A DNA stretch of 64,000 nucleotides from Candidatus Aminicenantes bacterium (GTDB taxonomy: Bacteria; Acidobacteriota; Aminicenantia; Aminicenantales; Saccharicenantaceae). Below, piece by piece: positions 15,871 through 26,354 of the stretch. The position numbers and the translations under genes were made by a program. Within the stretch, counting starts at the first letter, position 1. Each line of letters begins with the position of its first letter. The notes below the pieces were generated by a model. That model was not told the origin of the DNA. It saw nothing but the letters and a program-made list of their open reading frames with translations, and did not search any database. Location of the stretch: positions 1,782-65,781 of the forward strand of contig CAWEYF010000029.1 of NCBI GenBank assembly GCA_963813235.1, given 5' to 3'.

Positions 15871-18029
15871 ATGAAGAAGATCGTCCCGGGCATTCTGATG
15901 AGCGTCGTCGTGGCCCTTTCCCTCGAGGCCGTCGTCCCCCGGCGTTGGGAGCTTCGGACCAAGGAAGATTTTCTGAGGGGCAAGTTCGACGGCGTCTCGC
16001 TCTCGTTCGACGGCGTGCTCTCGCTCGCCCCCCAGGAGGACCGGATCTCCGGGCCGAGCGAGGAGTTCTACCTGTCGCTCCTCGCCGGCGCCGGACGGCG
16101 CGCTCTTTCTCGGGACCGGGCACGGCGGGAAGATCTACAGGATCGGCGCCGACGGGAAGTCCGAGCTCTATTTCCAGACCCAGGAGATCGACGTGACCTG
16201 CCTGGCCCGCGACGGCAAGGGGGCCATTTACGCCGGGACGTCCCCCAACGGCAAGATCTACAGGATCTCGGCGAAGGGGAAGGGGGAGGAATTCTTCAAC
16301 CCCTCCGAGAAGTATCTCTGGGACCTGGCGTTCACGGAATCCGGAAGCCTTCTGGCGGCGGTCGGTGAAAGCGGCGGGATCTACGAGATCGATCCCCAGG
16401 GACAGGGCCGGCAGGTCCTCAAAGCGGAGGAGAATCATATCCTTTGCCTGAAGAGGACCGCCTCGGGCGACGTCTATGCCGGGAGCGGCGGGGGCGGGGC
16501 GATCTATCGGCTGTCCCGCGACGGCCGGGCGGCCGTCCTTTTCGAATCCCCATACGAAGAGGTCCGAAGCCTCGTCCTGGACAAGGAAGGGAACATCTAC
16601 GCTTCGGCCTCGGGAACCCCCTCGAAGCCCCGCAAGGACGAGGCCCCGGCCCCTTCGATCAAAGCCGACGCCGACGTCGTCGTCACCGCCGCCTCTTCAG
16701 GTCCGCCCGGGCCGGAGGCGACGCCCGGCCCGCCCGCGGCGGGCAAGGAACCGAGCGCCCTGTACAAAGTGAGCCTGAACGGGGTGGCCAAAAGGCTCTG
16801 GAGATCGGGCGACGAGATGATCTATACGGTGGTCCTGAGAGGAGAACGGGACCGTCCTGTTCGGGACGGGGGGAAAGGGCCGCGTCTACGCCATCGATCG
16901 GGACGAGAAAACGTCCCTCCTCCTCCAGGAAGCGTCCGAGCAGGCCTATCTCCTGCTTCCCGACAGGGACAAGATCTATATCGTCGGCAACAACCCGTGC
17001 GCCCTCGGCATCGTCCGGCCCGGGCAAAGGCTCGCCGGGGAATACCTGAGCCCGGCCCTGGATTCCCGGACCGTTTCGAGTTGGGGAAAGATGGACTGGA
17101 CGGCCGAGCTCGGGGCGGGGACGAGCCTCCAGGTCCTGACGCGGACCGGGAACTCGAGCGAACCGAATCAGACGTGGAGCGAATGGTCGCCGCCCTCGCA
17201 GAAGTCCGGCGAACAGGTCCTGAGCCCGAAGGCCCGCTTCCTGCAGTTCAAGTCCCTCTTCAAGACTCCGTCGAGCCAGACCTCGCCCACCCTGCAGAAG
17301 ACCGGCGTCTTCTATCTCCAGACCAACATCGCCCCGACGGTCGACAGGCTCGACGTCTTGAAGCCGAACGAGGTCTTCCTCAAGCCCCCGGAGCAGGACG
17401 ACGTCGTCTGGGGCGAGGAGGGGAACGGGCCGGACGAGGCCCCGAAGACGGCCGGCGCCGAAAACCTGATGATCGCCAAAAAGGTCGAGCGCAAGGGATA
17501 CCGGACGGTCGTCTGGGACGCCACCGACGAGAACGGAGACGAGCTGTCCTTCGCGCTCTCGATCCGGAGGGAAGGGGAATCGGAATGGCGGGCCCTCCAG
17601 CCTTCCCGGGGCGAGACCATCTTCGCCTTCGATACCCTGACCTTTCCCGACGGGACCTATTTCCTGAAGGTGACGGCCTCGGACGCCCCGTCCAACCCCC
17701 AGGGCACGGAGCTTCGAGCCGAGCGGGTCGGGCCGCCCTTCGTCGTCGACAATTCGCTCCCGGTCGTCAAAGGCTTTGCGGCGGTCCGGAGAGAGGGCGG
17801 TCTCGACGTGAGCTTCCAGGCGGAGGACGCCTTCTCGACCGTCGAGGAGGTCAAGGTCCTGGTCCGGCCGGGGGAGTGGCGGGTCGTCTTCCCCGTCGAC
17901 GGCATTGCGGATGCGACGACGGAGAGCTTCAAGTTTTCCCTGAAGCTTCCGGCGAACGCCGAGAACCTGGTCACGGTCCGGGTCCGGGACGCCTTCGGAA
18001 ACGTCGGCGTCTATCAGCAGAAGTATTGA
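15871..18029 (+). CDS. Secreted beta-propeller protein with a C-terminal Ig-like/Y_Y_Y-like domain (two frameshifts, ~16090 and ~16842)
   Basis: The gene is reconstructed from three frames: 15871-, 16193- and the frame of 17091-18029. It has repeated G(x)IY(R/E)I blades (GKIYRIGADG, GAIYAGTS, GKIYRISAKG, GGIYEIDPQG, GAIYRLSRDG, GRVYAIDRDE). AGGAG RBS. It starts 13 nt after the peptidase gene. Confidence 0.7.
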
Positions 18030-18038
18030 GGCCGTCCG

Positions 18039-18605
18039 CTATTTTGTCTTGACCCGTTCGACGTACTTGTTCTCGCGGGTGTCGACGCGGATGGCGTCGC
18101 CTTCCTTGATGAACTGGGGGACGGTGATGACGAGGCCCGTTTCGAGCGTCGCGGGCTTGTTGACGGCCGAGCGCGTGGCGTCCCTGAGGCTCGGCTCGGT
18201 CGTGACGACCCTCAGGTCGACGGAATTGGGGAGGAGGACCCCGATCGGTTTGCCCTCGAACAGCTGGACCGTGATCACGAGGTTCGGCTTGAGGTAGCCG
18301 ATGCCTTCGCCGATCGCTTCGGCTTCGAGCCTGACCGTCTCGAAGGTCTCCAGGTTCATGAAGAAATACTCCCCCGACTGCTCGTAGAGAAACTCCATCT
18401 CGATCTCTTCGAGGCGGGCCTGCTCCAGGCGCTCCTCGGACCGGAACCGGTGCTCCATCTGGGAGCCCTCCCGGACGTTCCTGAGCTTGGTCTGGACCAT
18501 GGCCTTCCACCGGCCCGGCGTGATGAGCTGCATCTCCATGACCCTGTAAAGCTGTCCGTTCATAACGATCAGCATGCCCTTGCGGATCTGCGTCGCGTCG
18601 ATCAT
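18039..18605 (-). CDS. efp: Translation elongation factor P
   Basis: 188 aa from the ATG at 18605. MIDATQIRKGMLIVMNGQLYRVMEMQLITPG...VTTEPSLRDATRS...KPATLETGLVITVPQFI matches EF-P. Confidence 0.93.
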   Translation of the reverse strand: MIDATQIRKGMLIVMNGQLYRVMEMQLITPGRWKAMVQTKLRNVREGSQMEHRFRSEERLEQARLEEIEMEFLYEQSGEYFFMNLETFETVRLEAEAIGEGIGYLKPNLVITVQLFEGKPIGVLLPNSVDLRVVTTEPSLRDATRSAVNKPATLETGLVITVPQFIKEGDAIRVDTRENKYVERVKTK

Positions 18606-18660
18606 AAGCCTTCCTCCATCCTGGGTACCTTCTGCGGGGATCGTTACCGAAAAACGGGGC

Positions 18661-19737
18661 TCAACCCTCGACCCTGGCTCCCTCGTCAACCCGAATAATA
18701 TACGCCTTGCCGCCTGCTCTTTCAACCGCTTCGGCGACTTCGCCGGACCGGCCGGGCGCATAGGCGAACATGCATCCGCCCCCGCCGGAGCCGTTGAGCT
18801 TCCCGCCGAGAGCGCCGGCGGCGAGGGCCGCGTCGAGCATCCCGTCGAGTTTCCGCGTGGAAACGCCGAGGGCGTCCCTGAGGACGGCTTGCTCGCGGGT
18901 CAACAGCGCCCCGAACGCCGCGTCGTCGAACGGCCTTGCCAGGAGGATGGCGACGCCCTTCGCCGTCAGGTCCCGATTGATGAACGCGCCCAGGAGCGGG
19001 TCCCGGACGGCCGGCTCAAATCGTTCGATCACGCGCCCGAGCTCCGGGGTCAGGGGAGCCTTGAGCGAAAAGTCCGAAAAGAGCTTCCGGACCCGGCCGA
19101 CCCCGTCGAGGACGCGGTCCTTAACGGAGCCCAGGGTCCCCGTGGTATCCTTTTTTTCCAGGGAGTCGCCCAGGACGAACGTGCCGAGGGGGACGTCGAG
19201 CCGGACGACTCTCAGCGGCTCCCCGAACTCGAGTCGGATGATCCCGCCGTACGCCGCGGCATAATGGTCCATCCTCCCGCCGGGCTCCCGGAATTCGGCG
19301 ACCTCGGTCAGAAATCCCAGCTCGGCGAGCTCTCCGGGCCGGCCTGCCCTCGGATCGCCCCCCGTCTCCAGGAGGAACCGGTCCCAGGCCACGACCAGGG
19401 CCGACGAGCTCGCGGTCCCGGCGTTGATCGGGATCGTGCCGCGGACGACGACGTCCCAGCCCGAGGAAACGGCCGCCCCCGCCCTGCGGAGGACGTTGAG
19501 CCCGCTCCGGAGGTAGTCGCGCTTATTCGCATAGGCAAGCTCTCCCGCGAGGACGATCTCCTCCCGGGCCCCCACGTCGGGCAGGTCGATGACGAAGGTC
19601 CGGTCCTTCCGCCGCGCGCCGCTGACGGTGATCCTCAGCCCGACGGCGGCCGCGACGACGTCCAGGCCAAGGTAATCCTGGTGTTCGCCGAACAGGCAGA
19701 TGCGCCCGGGTGCGGAAACGGAGATTCGTTGGGTCAT
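18661..19737 (-). CDS. GHMP-family sugar kinase (galactokinase-like)
   Basis: 358 aa. It has the galactokinase-type GRICLFGEHQDYLG motif and the GHMP motif II IPINAGTASSSAL. Confidence 0.8.
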   Translation of the reverse strand: MTQRISVSAPGRICLFGEHQDYLGLDVVAAAVGLRITVSGARRKDRTFVIDLPDVGAREEIVLAGELAYANKRDYLRSGLNVLRRAGAAVSSGWDVVVRGTIPINAGTASSSALVVAWDRFLLETGGDPRAGRPGELAELGFLTEVAEFREPGGRMDHYAAAYGGIIRLEFGEPLRVVRLDVPLGTFVLGDSLEKKDTTGTLGSVKDRVLDGVGRVRKLFSDFSLKAPLTPELGRVIERFEPAVRDPLLGAFINRDLTAKGVAILLARPFDDAAFGALLTREQAVLRDALGVSTRKLDGMLDAALAAGALGGKLNGSGGGGCMFAYAPGRSGEVAEAVERAGGKAYIIRVDEGARVEG

Positions 19738-19801
19738 CGGCGTCCTCGCGGAGCCGATATTTTATCACAAGGTTGATTTCTCGGCGAAAAAGCACTATAT
19801 A

Positions 19802-21505
19802 ATGGAGTCCATGAATCGAGTCGTCGTCTTCGCCTCGGCCTGCCTCGCGGCACTCATGGCGGCCGCGTGCACCCATTCCAAAGGAGGGACGCAAATGGCG
19901 GACCTCGTCCTCGCCAACGGCATCGTCCGGACCATGGACTCCGTCGGGATCGACCGCCGAGGCGGTCGCCGTGCTCGACGGGAGGATCCTCCGGACCGGA
20001 AGATCGTCGGACGTTAAGGCCATGGCCGGTCCGGATACCCGCGTCGTCGACCTCAAAGGCGCGGCGGTCCTCCCCGGCTTCATCGACAGCCACACCCACT
20101 TCCTCAGCGGGGGGTTCGCGCTCGCGAGCATCCAGCTCAGGGACGTCCGGAGCCGCGGCGGAGTTCGCCTCCCGGGTAGCGGCCAAGGTTCGGGAGACGG
20201 ACAAAGGCGAGTGGATCCTGAACGGCGACTGGGACCACGAGCAGTTCTCCCCCGTGGAGCTTCCCCGCCGGGACTGGATCGACGCCGTTTCTCCCGACAA
20301 TCCCGTCTGCGTCAACCGCTATGACGGACATATGGTCCTGGCCAACGGTGCGGCCCTTGCAATCGCGGGGATCACCCGCGATACGCCGGTCCCGGCCGGC
20401 GGCGAGATCGTCAAGGACCCGAAGACCGGCGAGCCGACGGGCATCCTGAAGGATGCGGCCGCGGACCTCGTTTACCGCCGTATCCCGGCGGCTTCCATGA
20501 AGGAGAAGCTCAGGGCCGCGGAGACGGCCCTGAGGCATGCCGCGGAGCACGGCGTGACGTCCGTCCACGAGATGGCCGACGCCGTGAGCTTCGAGGTCTA
20601 CCAGGAGCTCCTCAGGCAGGGCCGGATGACCGCGCGCCTCAACGTCTATATCCCCATCGACGAGGTGGGCTTGTACGCCCGGCTCAAGTTGAAGACGCCC
20701 TTCGGAAACGACTTCCTGAAGATCGGCGGCCTCAAGGGCTTCGTGGACGGGTCCCTCGGCTCGGCCGACGGCTTATTTCTTCGAGCCCTATTCCGACGAC
20801 CCTCGACTTCAGGGCTCCTCGCCGCCCAGATGTTCCCGGAGGGTATCATGGAGAAGCGGATCATGGAGGCGGACCGGGCCGGCCTCCAGGTCGCCATCCA
20901 TGCCATCGGCGACAGGGCCAACAGCCTTCTCCTCGACATTTATGAGAAGGCCGCATGCCCAGAACGGGCCGCGCGACCGGCGCTGGAGGATCGAACACGC
21001 CCAGCACCTGAGGCCCGGGGATATCGCCCGGTTCGGCCGGCTCGGGCGTCGTCGCTTCCGTCCAGCCGTACCACGCCTACGACGACGGCCGCTGGGCCGA
21101 GAAGAAGATCGGCAAGGAGCGGGCCCGGACCGACCTACGCGTTCAAATCCCTCCGCGACGCCGGCGCCGTCCTGGCCTTCGGCTCGGACTGGACGGTCGC
21201 GCCCATGGATCCCGTCTCCGGGCATCTATGCGGCCGTGACGCGGGCGACGTCGGACGGCAGGAACCCCGGCGGCTGGATCCCGGAGGAGAAGATCTCCGT
21301 CGAGGAGGCCGTCCGCGGCTACACGACCGGCGGCGCCTTCGCCGAGTTCGCCGAGAACGAAAAGGGGACGATCGAGGCCGGGAAGCTGGCCGACCTGGTC
21401 GTCCTGGACAAGGATCTCTTCGCGCTTCCGCCCGACCGCCTCCGCGACGCCCGGGTCATCATGACCGTCGTCGGCGGAAAGGTCGTGTACGAAACCCCGA
21501 AATGA
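19802..21505 (+). pseudogene. Amidohydrolase-3 family (YtcJ-like metal-dependent hydrolase), about 8 frame changes as sequenced
   Basis: Conserved segments ([95 protein letters not shown]) lie in alternating frames. Shifts are at ~19950, 20152, 20767, 20802, 20953, 21047, 21132 and 21223. Confidence 0.75.
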
Positions 21506-21980
21506 GACATATGCGCGTGATGGACGAGATCCTCGCCCGATTCGCTCCGAACCAGAAAGAGCTCATTTCCATCCTTCACGCCGTCCAGGCCGAGTACGGC
21601 TACGTGCCCGCCCGAGGCCGTCGCCGCGATCTCCCGTTTCCTCCGAACCTCTCGGAAGGCGAGGTCTTCGGGGTCCTGACCTTCTATCAGGGCCTTCGCC
21701 CTCGAGCCGCGCGGGAAGTTCCTGATCACGGTCTGTCTGGGAACGGCCTGCCACGTCCGGGGCGGGGCCAACATCGCCGACGAGCTGGAAAGGCGGCTCG
21801 GGATCAAGGCCGGAGCCGACGACCCCCGACCGGCTGTTCACCCTGGAGACCGTCAACTGCCTCGGCTGCTGCGCCATCGGCCCGGTGGTCGTCGTCGACG
21901 GGACATATCATTCCCATGTCACGACCAAAAAGGTCGATTCCATCCTGGAGCAATGCCGGGCCGGCGGCGTGACGACATGA
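21502..21980 (+). CDS. NuoE/HydC-like [2Fe-2S] thioredoxin-fold subunit (about 4 frame changes as sequenced)
   Basis: LISILHAVQAEYGYVP, SEGEVFGVLTFYQ, KFLITVCLGTACHVRGG and TVNCLGCCAIGPVVVVDG are recovered by switching frames at ~21612, 21645, 21693 and 21827 (a C5 run). The start could be 21502, 21511 or 21520. Confidence 0.75.
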
Positions 21981-23862
21981 AAAAGCTGACGCATCCCGAC
22001 GACCTTGCCGCCTGGAAGGCGGAGATCCTCGACGTCGCGGCCGCCTTTCGAGAAGACGATCGTCGTGACCTCGGGCACGTGCGGCCAGGCCAGCGGCTCG
22101 CTCCAGATCCTGCGACGCCCTGCGCCGGGAGATCGATCGACGCGGACTCGCGGAGCGGATCGGCATCAAGGTCACGGGCTGCCACGGCTTCTGCGAGATG
22201 GAGCCGAGCATCGTCATTTATCCGGAGGGCACGTTCTACAAGAAGCTCGCGCCCAAGGATGTCCCCGCGATCATCGAGGAGACGGTCCTCAACGACAGGA
22301 TCATTTCCGGTCTGACCTATGACGATCCGTCGAAGGGACTGCGCTTCAGCCGCCAGAAAGAGATCCCTTTCTACGAGAAGCAGATGCGCCTTCTCACGGA
22401 GAACAATTTCCATATCGACCCGGAGCGCATCGAGGACTATATCGCCCTGGACGGCTACAGGGCCCTGGCCAAGGCCCTGTTCGACATGTCGGCCGAGGGC
22501 GTCATCGACGAGGTCAAGGCGTCCGGCCTGAGGGGGCGCGGCGGAGCGGGCTTTTCGACCGGCAGGAAATGGGAGCTCTGCCGCGAAGCCCCGGCTCACC
22601 CGAAATACATCATCTGCAATGCCGACGAAGGCGATCCGGGCGCCTACATGGACCGCAGCCTTCTCGAGGGCAATCCGCACACCGTGATCGAAGGCATGAT
22701 CATCGGCGCCTACGCCATCGGCGCCTCGGAGGGATTCATCTATGTCCGGATGGAGTACCCCCTGGCCGTGAAGCACGTCACCCGCGCCCTCGAAATGGCC
22801 AGAAAATCCGGCCTCCTTGGCGAAAACATCCTCGGCTCGGATTTCCATTTTGACATCCGCATCGTCCAGGGCGCCGGCGCGTTCGTCTCCGGCGAGGAGA
22901 CGTCCCTGATGGCTTCGATCGAAGGCCGCAAGGCCCATCCGCGGCAGCGGCCCCCGTTCCCCGCCCAGGAAGGGTTGTGGGGAAAGCCGACGAACATCAA
23001 CAACGTCGAGACCTGGGCCAACGTGCCGTTGATCATCGACAGGGGCGCCGGCTGGTTCGCCGGGATCGGAACCGAAAAAAGCAAGGGAACGAAGATCTTC
23101 TCGCTCGTCGGCAAGATCAACAACACCGGCCTGGTCGAAGTGCCCATGGGCCTCACCCTTCGAGAGATCATCTTCGACATCGGCGGCGGCATCAAGAACG
23201 GCAAGGCGTTAAAGGCCGTCCAGACCGGCGGTCCTTCGGGAGGATGCATTCCCGCCGATAAGATCGACCTGGCCATCGACTACGACACGCTGGCCCAGGC
23301 GGGATCGATCATGGGCTCGGGCGGAATGATCGTCATGGACGAGGACACCTGCATGGTGGAGATCGCCCGTTACTTCCTGAATTTCACCCGGGAAGAATCC
23401 TGCGGCAAGTGCGTTCCCTGCAGGGTCGGAACGCGGCAGATGGAGGAGATCCTGACCCGGATCACCGAAGGGAAAGGGGAGCCGGGGGACATCGGGCGGC
23501 TCGAGGAGCTGGCCAACACGGTCAAGCAGGGGTCGCTCTGCGGGCTCGGCCAGACGGCCCCCAACCCGGTCCTGACGACGCTCCGCTATTTCCGGAGCGA
23601 GTACGAAGCCCACATCCGGGACAAGAGCTGCCCCGCCCATGTCTGCAAGAATCTCATCGCTTTCGTCATCGAGCCGGACAAATGCGTCGGCTGCCTGCTT
23701 TGCCTGAAGAACTGTCCGGTCGGGGCGATCCGGGGCGAACTCAAGAAGATCCATACCGTGGACCAGGCGCTTTGCGTCAAGTGCGGAGCCTGCTACGACA
23801 TCTGCCCGCGGAAGATCATGGCGGTCGCCCGCGTTTCGTCCAGGGAGACGGAGAAGCGATGA
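21977..23862 (+). CDS. NuoF/HydB-like NAD(H)- and FMN-binding subunit, with an N-terminal [2Fe-2S] domain and a C-terminal 2x[4Fe-4S] ferredoxin domain (two frame changes near the 5' end)
   Basis: GLRGRGGAGFSTGRKW (FMN), ESCGKCVPCRVG (N3 cluster), CVGCLLCLKNCP and CVKCGACYDICP. N-terminal VTSGTCGQASGS...VTGCHGFCEMEP. The ATG at 21977 overlaps the upstream stop. Shifts are at ~22033 and ~22112. Confidence 0.88.
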
Positions 23863-26354
23863 GACTCACGATCGACGGCCTCGAGGTCCTGGTGGAGGGC
23901 CGAAAGACCATCCTTGAGGCGGCGCGGGAAGTAGGGGTGGACATCCCATCCCTCTGCGACCACCCGCGTCTCCTCCCGTTCGCGGGTTGCCGAATGTGCC
24001 TCGTCGAGGTCAAGGGGAAGAGGGGCTTTGTGCCCGCCTGCAGCAGCGATGCGGAGGAAGGCTTGGAGGTGAGGACGACGACTCCCGAACTCCAGGCCCT
24101 GCGCAGGCACATCCTTGCCTTGATCCTTTCCGAGCATCCCAGCGCCTGCCTGATCTGCGCCGAGAAGGATCGGTGCGATGATCTGAAATCGACCATCCGC
24201 AAGGTGGGAGAGGTCACCGGCTGTGTCCTTTGCGGGGAGAACGGGCGCTGCCGCCTCCAAGATGTCGTCCGGACCGTCGGGCTCGACAACCTGGAGTTCC
24301 GGTCCGTCTACCGGGATCTCGAGATCCGCCGGGACGATCCGTTCTTCGACAGGAACAACAATCTCTGCATCCTCTGCGGGAGGTGCGTCAGGGTCTGTCA
24401 CGAGGTCCGCGGCGCTTCGGTCCTCTCCTTCGTTGCCCGGGGCTCTTCCGCGGTCGTCGGCACGTCTTTCGACAGGACGCTCTTCGCGTCCGGCTGTCAG
24501 TTTTGCGGGGCCTGCGTCGATGTCTGTCCCACGGGCGCGCTGACGGAAAGAGCGGTCCGGCCCGAAGTCCTTCCGGAAAAGACCGGTCCGGTCACTTGCC
24601 CTCTCTGCGGGATGGGGTGCAGGCTGGATGTCGAGATCGCCCGGAAACGGGTCCTGGCTTCCCGCCCCTCGGAGACGGGGCCGGTCAACCGCGGCCAGGC
24701 CTGTGTCAAGGGCCGGTTCGCGGTGAGAGATGCCGTGATGGACCGGAGGCGTGTCCTCGATCCCCTGCTCAGGTCGGGAGAAGGACAGCACCCCGTTCCC
24801 TGGGACAAGGCCGTGGAATTCGCCGCCGCCAAGCTGTCCGAATTCAAGGGGGACGAGGTGGCCCTGGTCGTTTCGCCTCAATCCGCGGTGGAAGACCTCT
24901 ACCTCCTCTATAAGTTCGCCCGGGAGGGGATGAAGACCGCGGCGGTCGGGCCCGTAGGGGGACCATCCCTCCTCCAGGATTGCCGGGACATGGCTCGCAG
25001 GCACGGGATCGATCTCCCGTTGAATTTCGATATCCGCGAGCTCGGAGACGCCGCGGCGTTCTTCGTTCTTGGGGCGAACCTCCCTCTCAGCCACCCGATG
25101 ATATGGATCGAGGTCTTCGCCGCCCTCCGGAAAGGCGCGGAACTCCATATCGCCCATTCCGGGGCCCTTTCTCTCGGCCGTCATGCGTCATCGCGAGTCA
25201 GGCTTCGGCCGGGCTCGGAGGGAGTTCTGCTTTCCGCGCTGTCCGGGCTCATCCGGGGCGGAAAGGCGGCGACCGGGAGCACAAGAAATATTCCGGCGGG
25301 GAATGCGGCGGACCTCTTGGGGATCCCGGTCGGGGAACTGGAGTCCTTGGCGACGGCGTTGTCGACGAAGAAACCGCTTTTTATCCTTGCCGGGCCGGGG
25401 CTCGTCAGCCAGCCGGGAGGGGAGAGAAATCTGGAAGCCCTTTGGAACCTGTCCCATGCCCTGGGCGCGCGGCTCGTCCCGCTGGCCGGATCGATCAACG
25501 AGCGCGCGATCATGGAGCTGAGGGAGTCTTTCTCCGCGGGGGATATGAAATGGGACCGGGTCCTGGATGGGATCCGGACGAAAAGGATCCGGGCCCTCTA
25601 TCTTGCCGGCCCGGCCCCGGAGTTGGGCGAGGAAAAGCCCGATTTCCTTTTATCCCAGACGCCTTTCATAGACGGGAACACGGGAATAGCCGACGTTGTC
25701 CTGCCCGCGGCGACCTTCGTCGAATCCGGAGGCACGTTCATCAACGTGGAGGGCCGAATCCAGACGTTCGAGCCGGTCCTGGAGACCAGGGGCGGTTCGA
25801 AGCCTGACGGGATGATCGTGTCCGAGCTGGCGGAGAAAATGGGGATCCCCGGGTTCCATGCCCCCTCGCGTGACCATCTCCGAAAAGAGATCCGGGGTCT
25901 CTGTCGAGCTTTTGCAGAAGCCTTCCCGGAAACCTCGACTTCCCCGGTTTCCGGTTTCCTGAAAGAAGAACGGTTTGGAATGAAAGATCAGATCCCCTCG
26001 GGCGGCGGGTTCGCGACCGCGGCGCCGACCGGGGAATATCCATTCCTGCTCAGAGCGTTCCCCATGTCGACGCTGTACCGGGGAATGGACCTCGCTCAGG
26101 AGATCAAAGGGCTGAGAAAGATCAGGGATCCGCGCCGGATCTTCATGAATGCGGACGACGCGCGTGTTCTGGGTTTGGAAGAAGATGCGGAGATCGAGGT
26201 CGAAGCCGCCCGCGGCCTGATGAACGGCGTGGTCAAGATCTCGGACGACGTCGCTCCGGGGGGGCTGGAGATGGGCTTGAAACCATCGGGCCCGGAACCG
26301 CTGGCGTTTCTCGCGGCGGGCGTCGTTCCCGTGAGGATAAGGAGAAAGAGCTGA
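23859..26354 (+). CDS. NuoG / formate-dehydrogenase-alpha-like Fe-S and molybdopterin-oxidoreductase-fold subunit
   Basis: 831 aa. N-terminal 2Fe-2S ferredoxin (CDHPRLLPFAGCRMC), an H-x3-C-x2-C-x5-C motif, CILCGRCVRVC and CQFCGACVDVCP, a MopB-type CPLCGMGC...CVKGRF motif, and a C-terminal molybdopterin-binding-like barrel (ADDARVLGLEEDAEIEV). ATGA overlap with the upstream gene. Confidence 0.85.
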   Translation: MRLTIDGLEVLVEGRKTILEAAREVGVDIPSLCDHPRLLPFAGCRMCLVEVKGKRGFVPACSSDAEEGLEVRTTTPELQALRRHILALILSEHPSACLICAEKDRCDDLKSTIRKVGEVTGCVLCGENGRCRLQDVVRTVGLDNLEFRSVYRDLEIRRDDPFFDRNNNLCILCGRCVRVCHEVRGASVLSFVARGSSAVVGTSFDRTLFASGCQFCGACVDVCPTGALTERAVRPEVLPEKTGPVTCPLCGMGCRLDVEIARKRVLASRPSETGPVNRGQACVKGRFAVRDAVMDRRRVLDPLLRSGEGQHPVPWDKAVEFAAAKLSEFKGDEVALVVSPQSAVEDLYLLYKFAREGMKTAAVGPVGGPSLLQDCRDMARRHGIDLPLNFDIRELGDAAAFFVLGANLPLSHPMIWIEVFAALRKGAELHIAHSGALSLGRHASSRVRLRPGSEGVLLSALSGLIRGGKAATGSTRNIPAGNAADLLGIPVGELESLATALSTKKPLFILAGPGLVSQPGGERNLEALWNLSHALGARLVPLAGSINERAIMELRESFSAGDMKWDRVLDGIRTKRIRALYLAGPAPELGEEKPDFLLSQTPFIDGNTGIADVVLPAATFVESGGTFINVEGRIQTFEPVLETRGGSKPDGMIVSELAEKMGIPGFHAPSRDHLRKEIRGLCRAFAEAFPETSTSPVSGFLKEERFGMKDQIPSGGGFATAAPTGEYPFLLRAFPMSTLYRGMDLAQEIKGLRKIRDPRRIFMNADDARVLGLEEDAEIEVEAARGLMNGVVKISDDVAPGGLEMGLKPSGPEPLAFLAAGVVPVRIRRKS

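Noticed and set aside
23859-26354. Selenocysteine recoding (an in-frame TGA plus SECIS) in the formate-dehydrogenase-like subunit.
   Set aside because: The 831-codon ORF is uninterrupted and contains no internal TGA.
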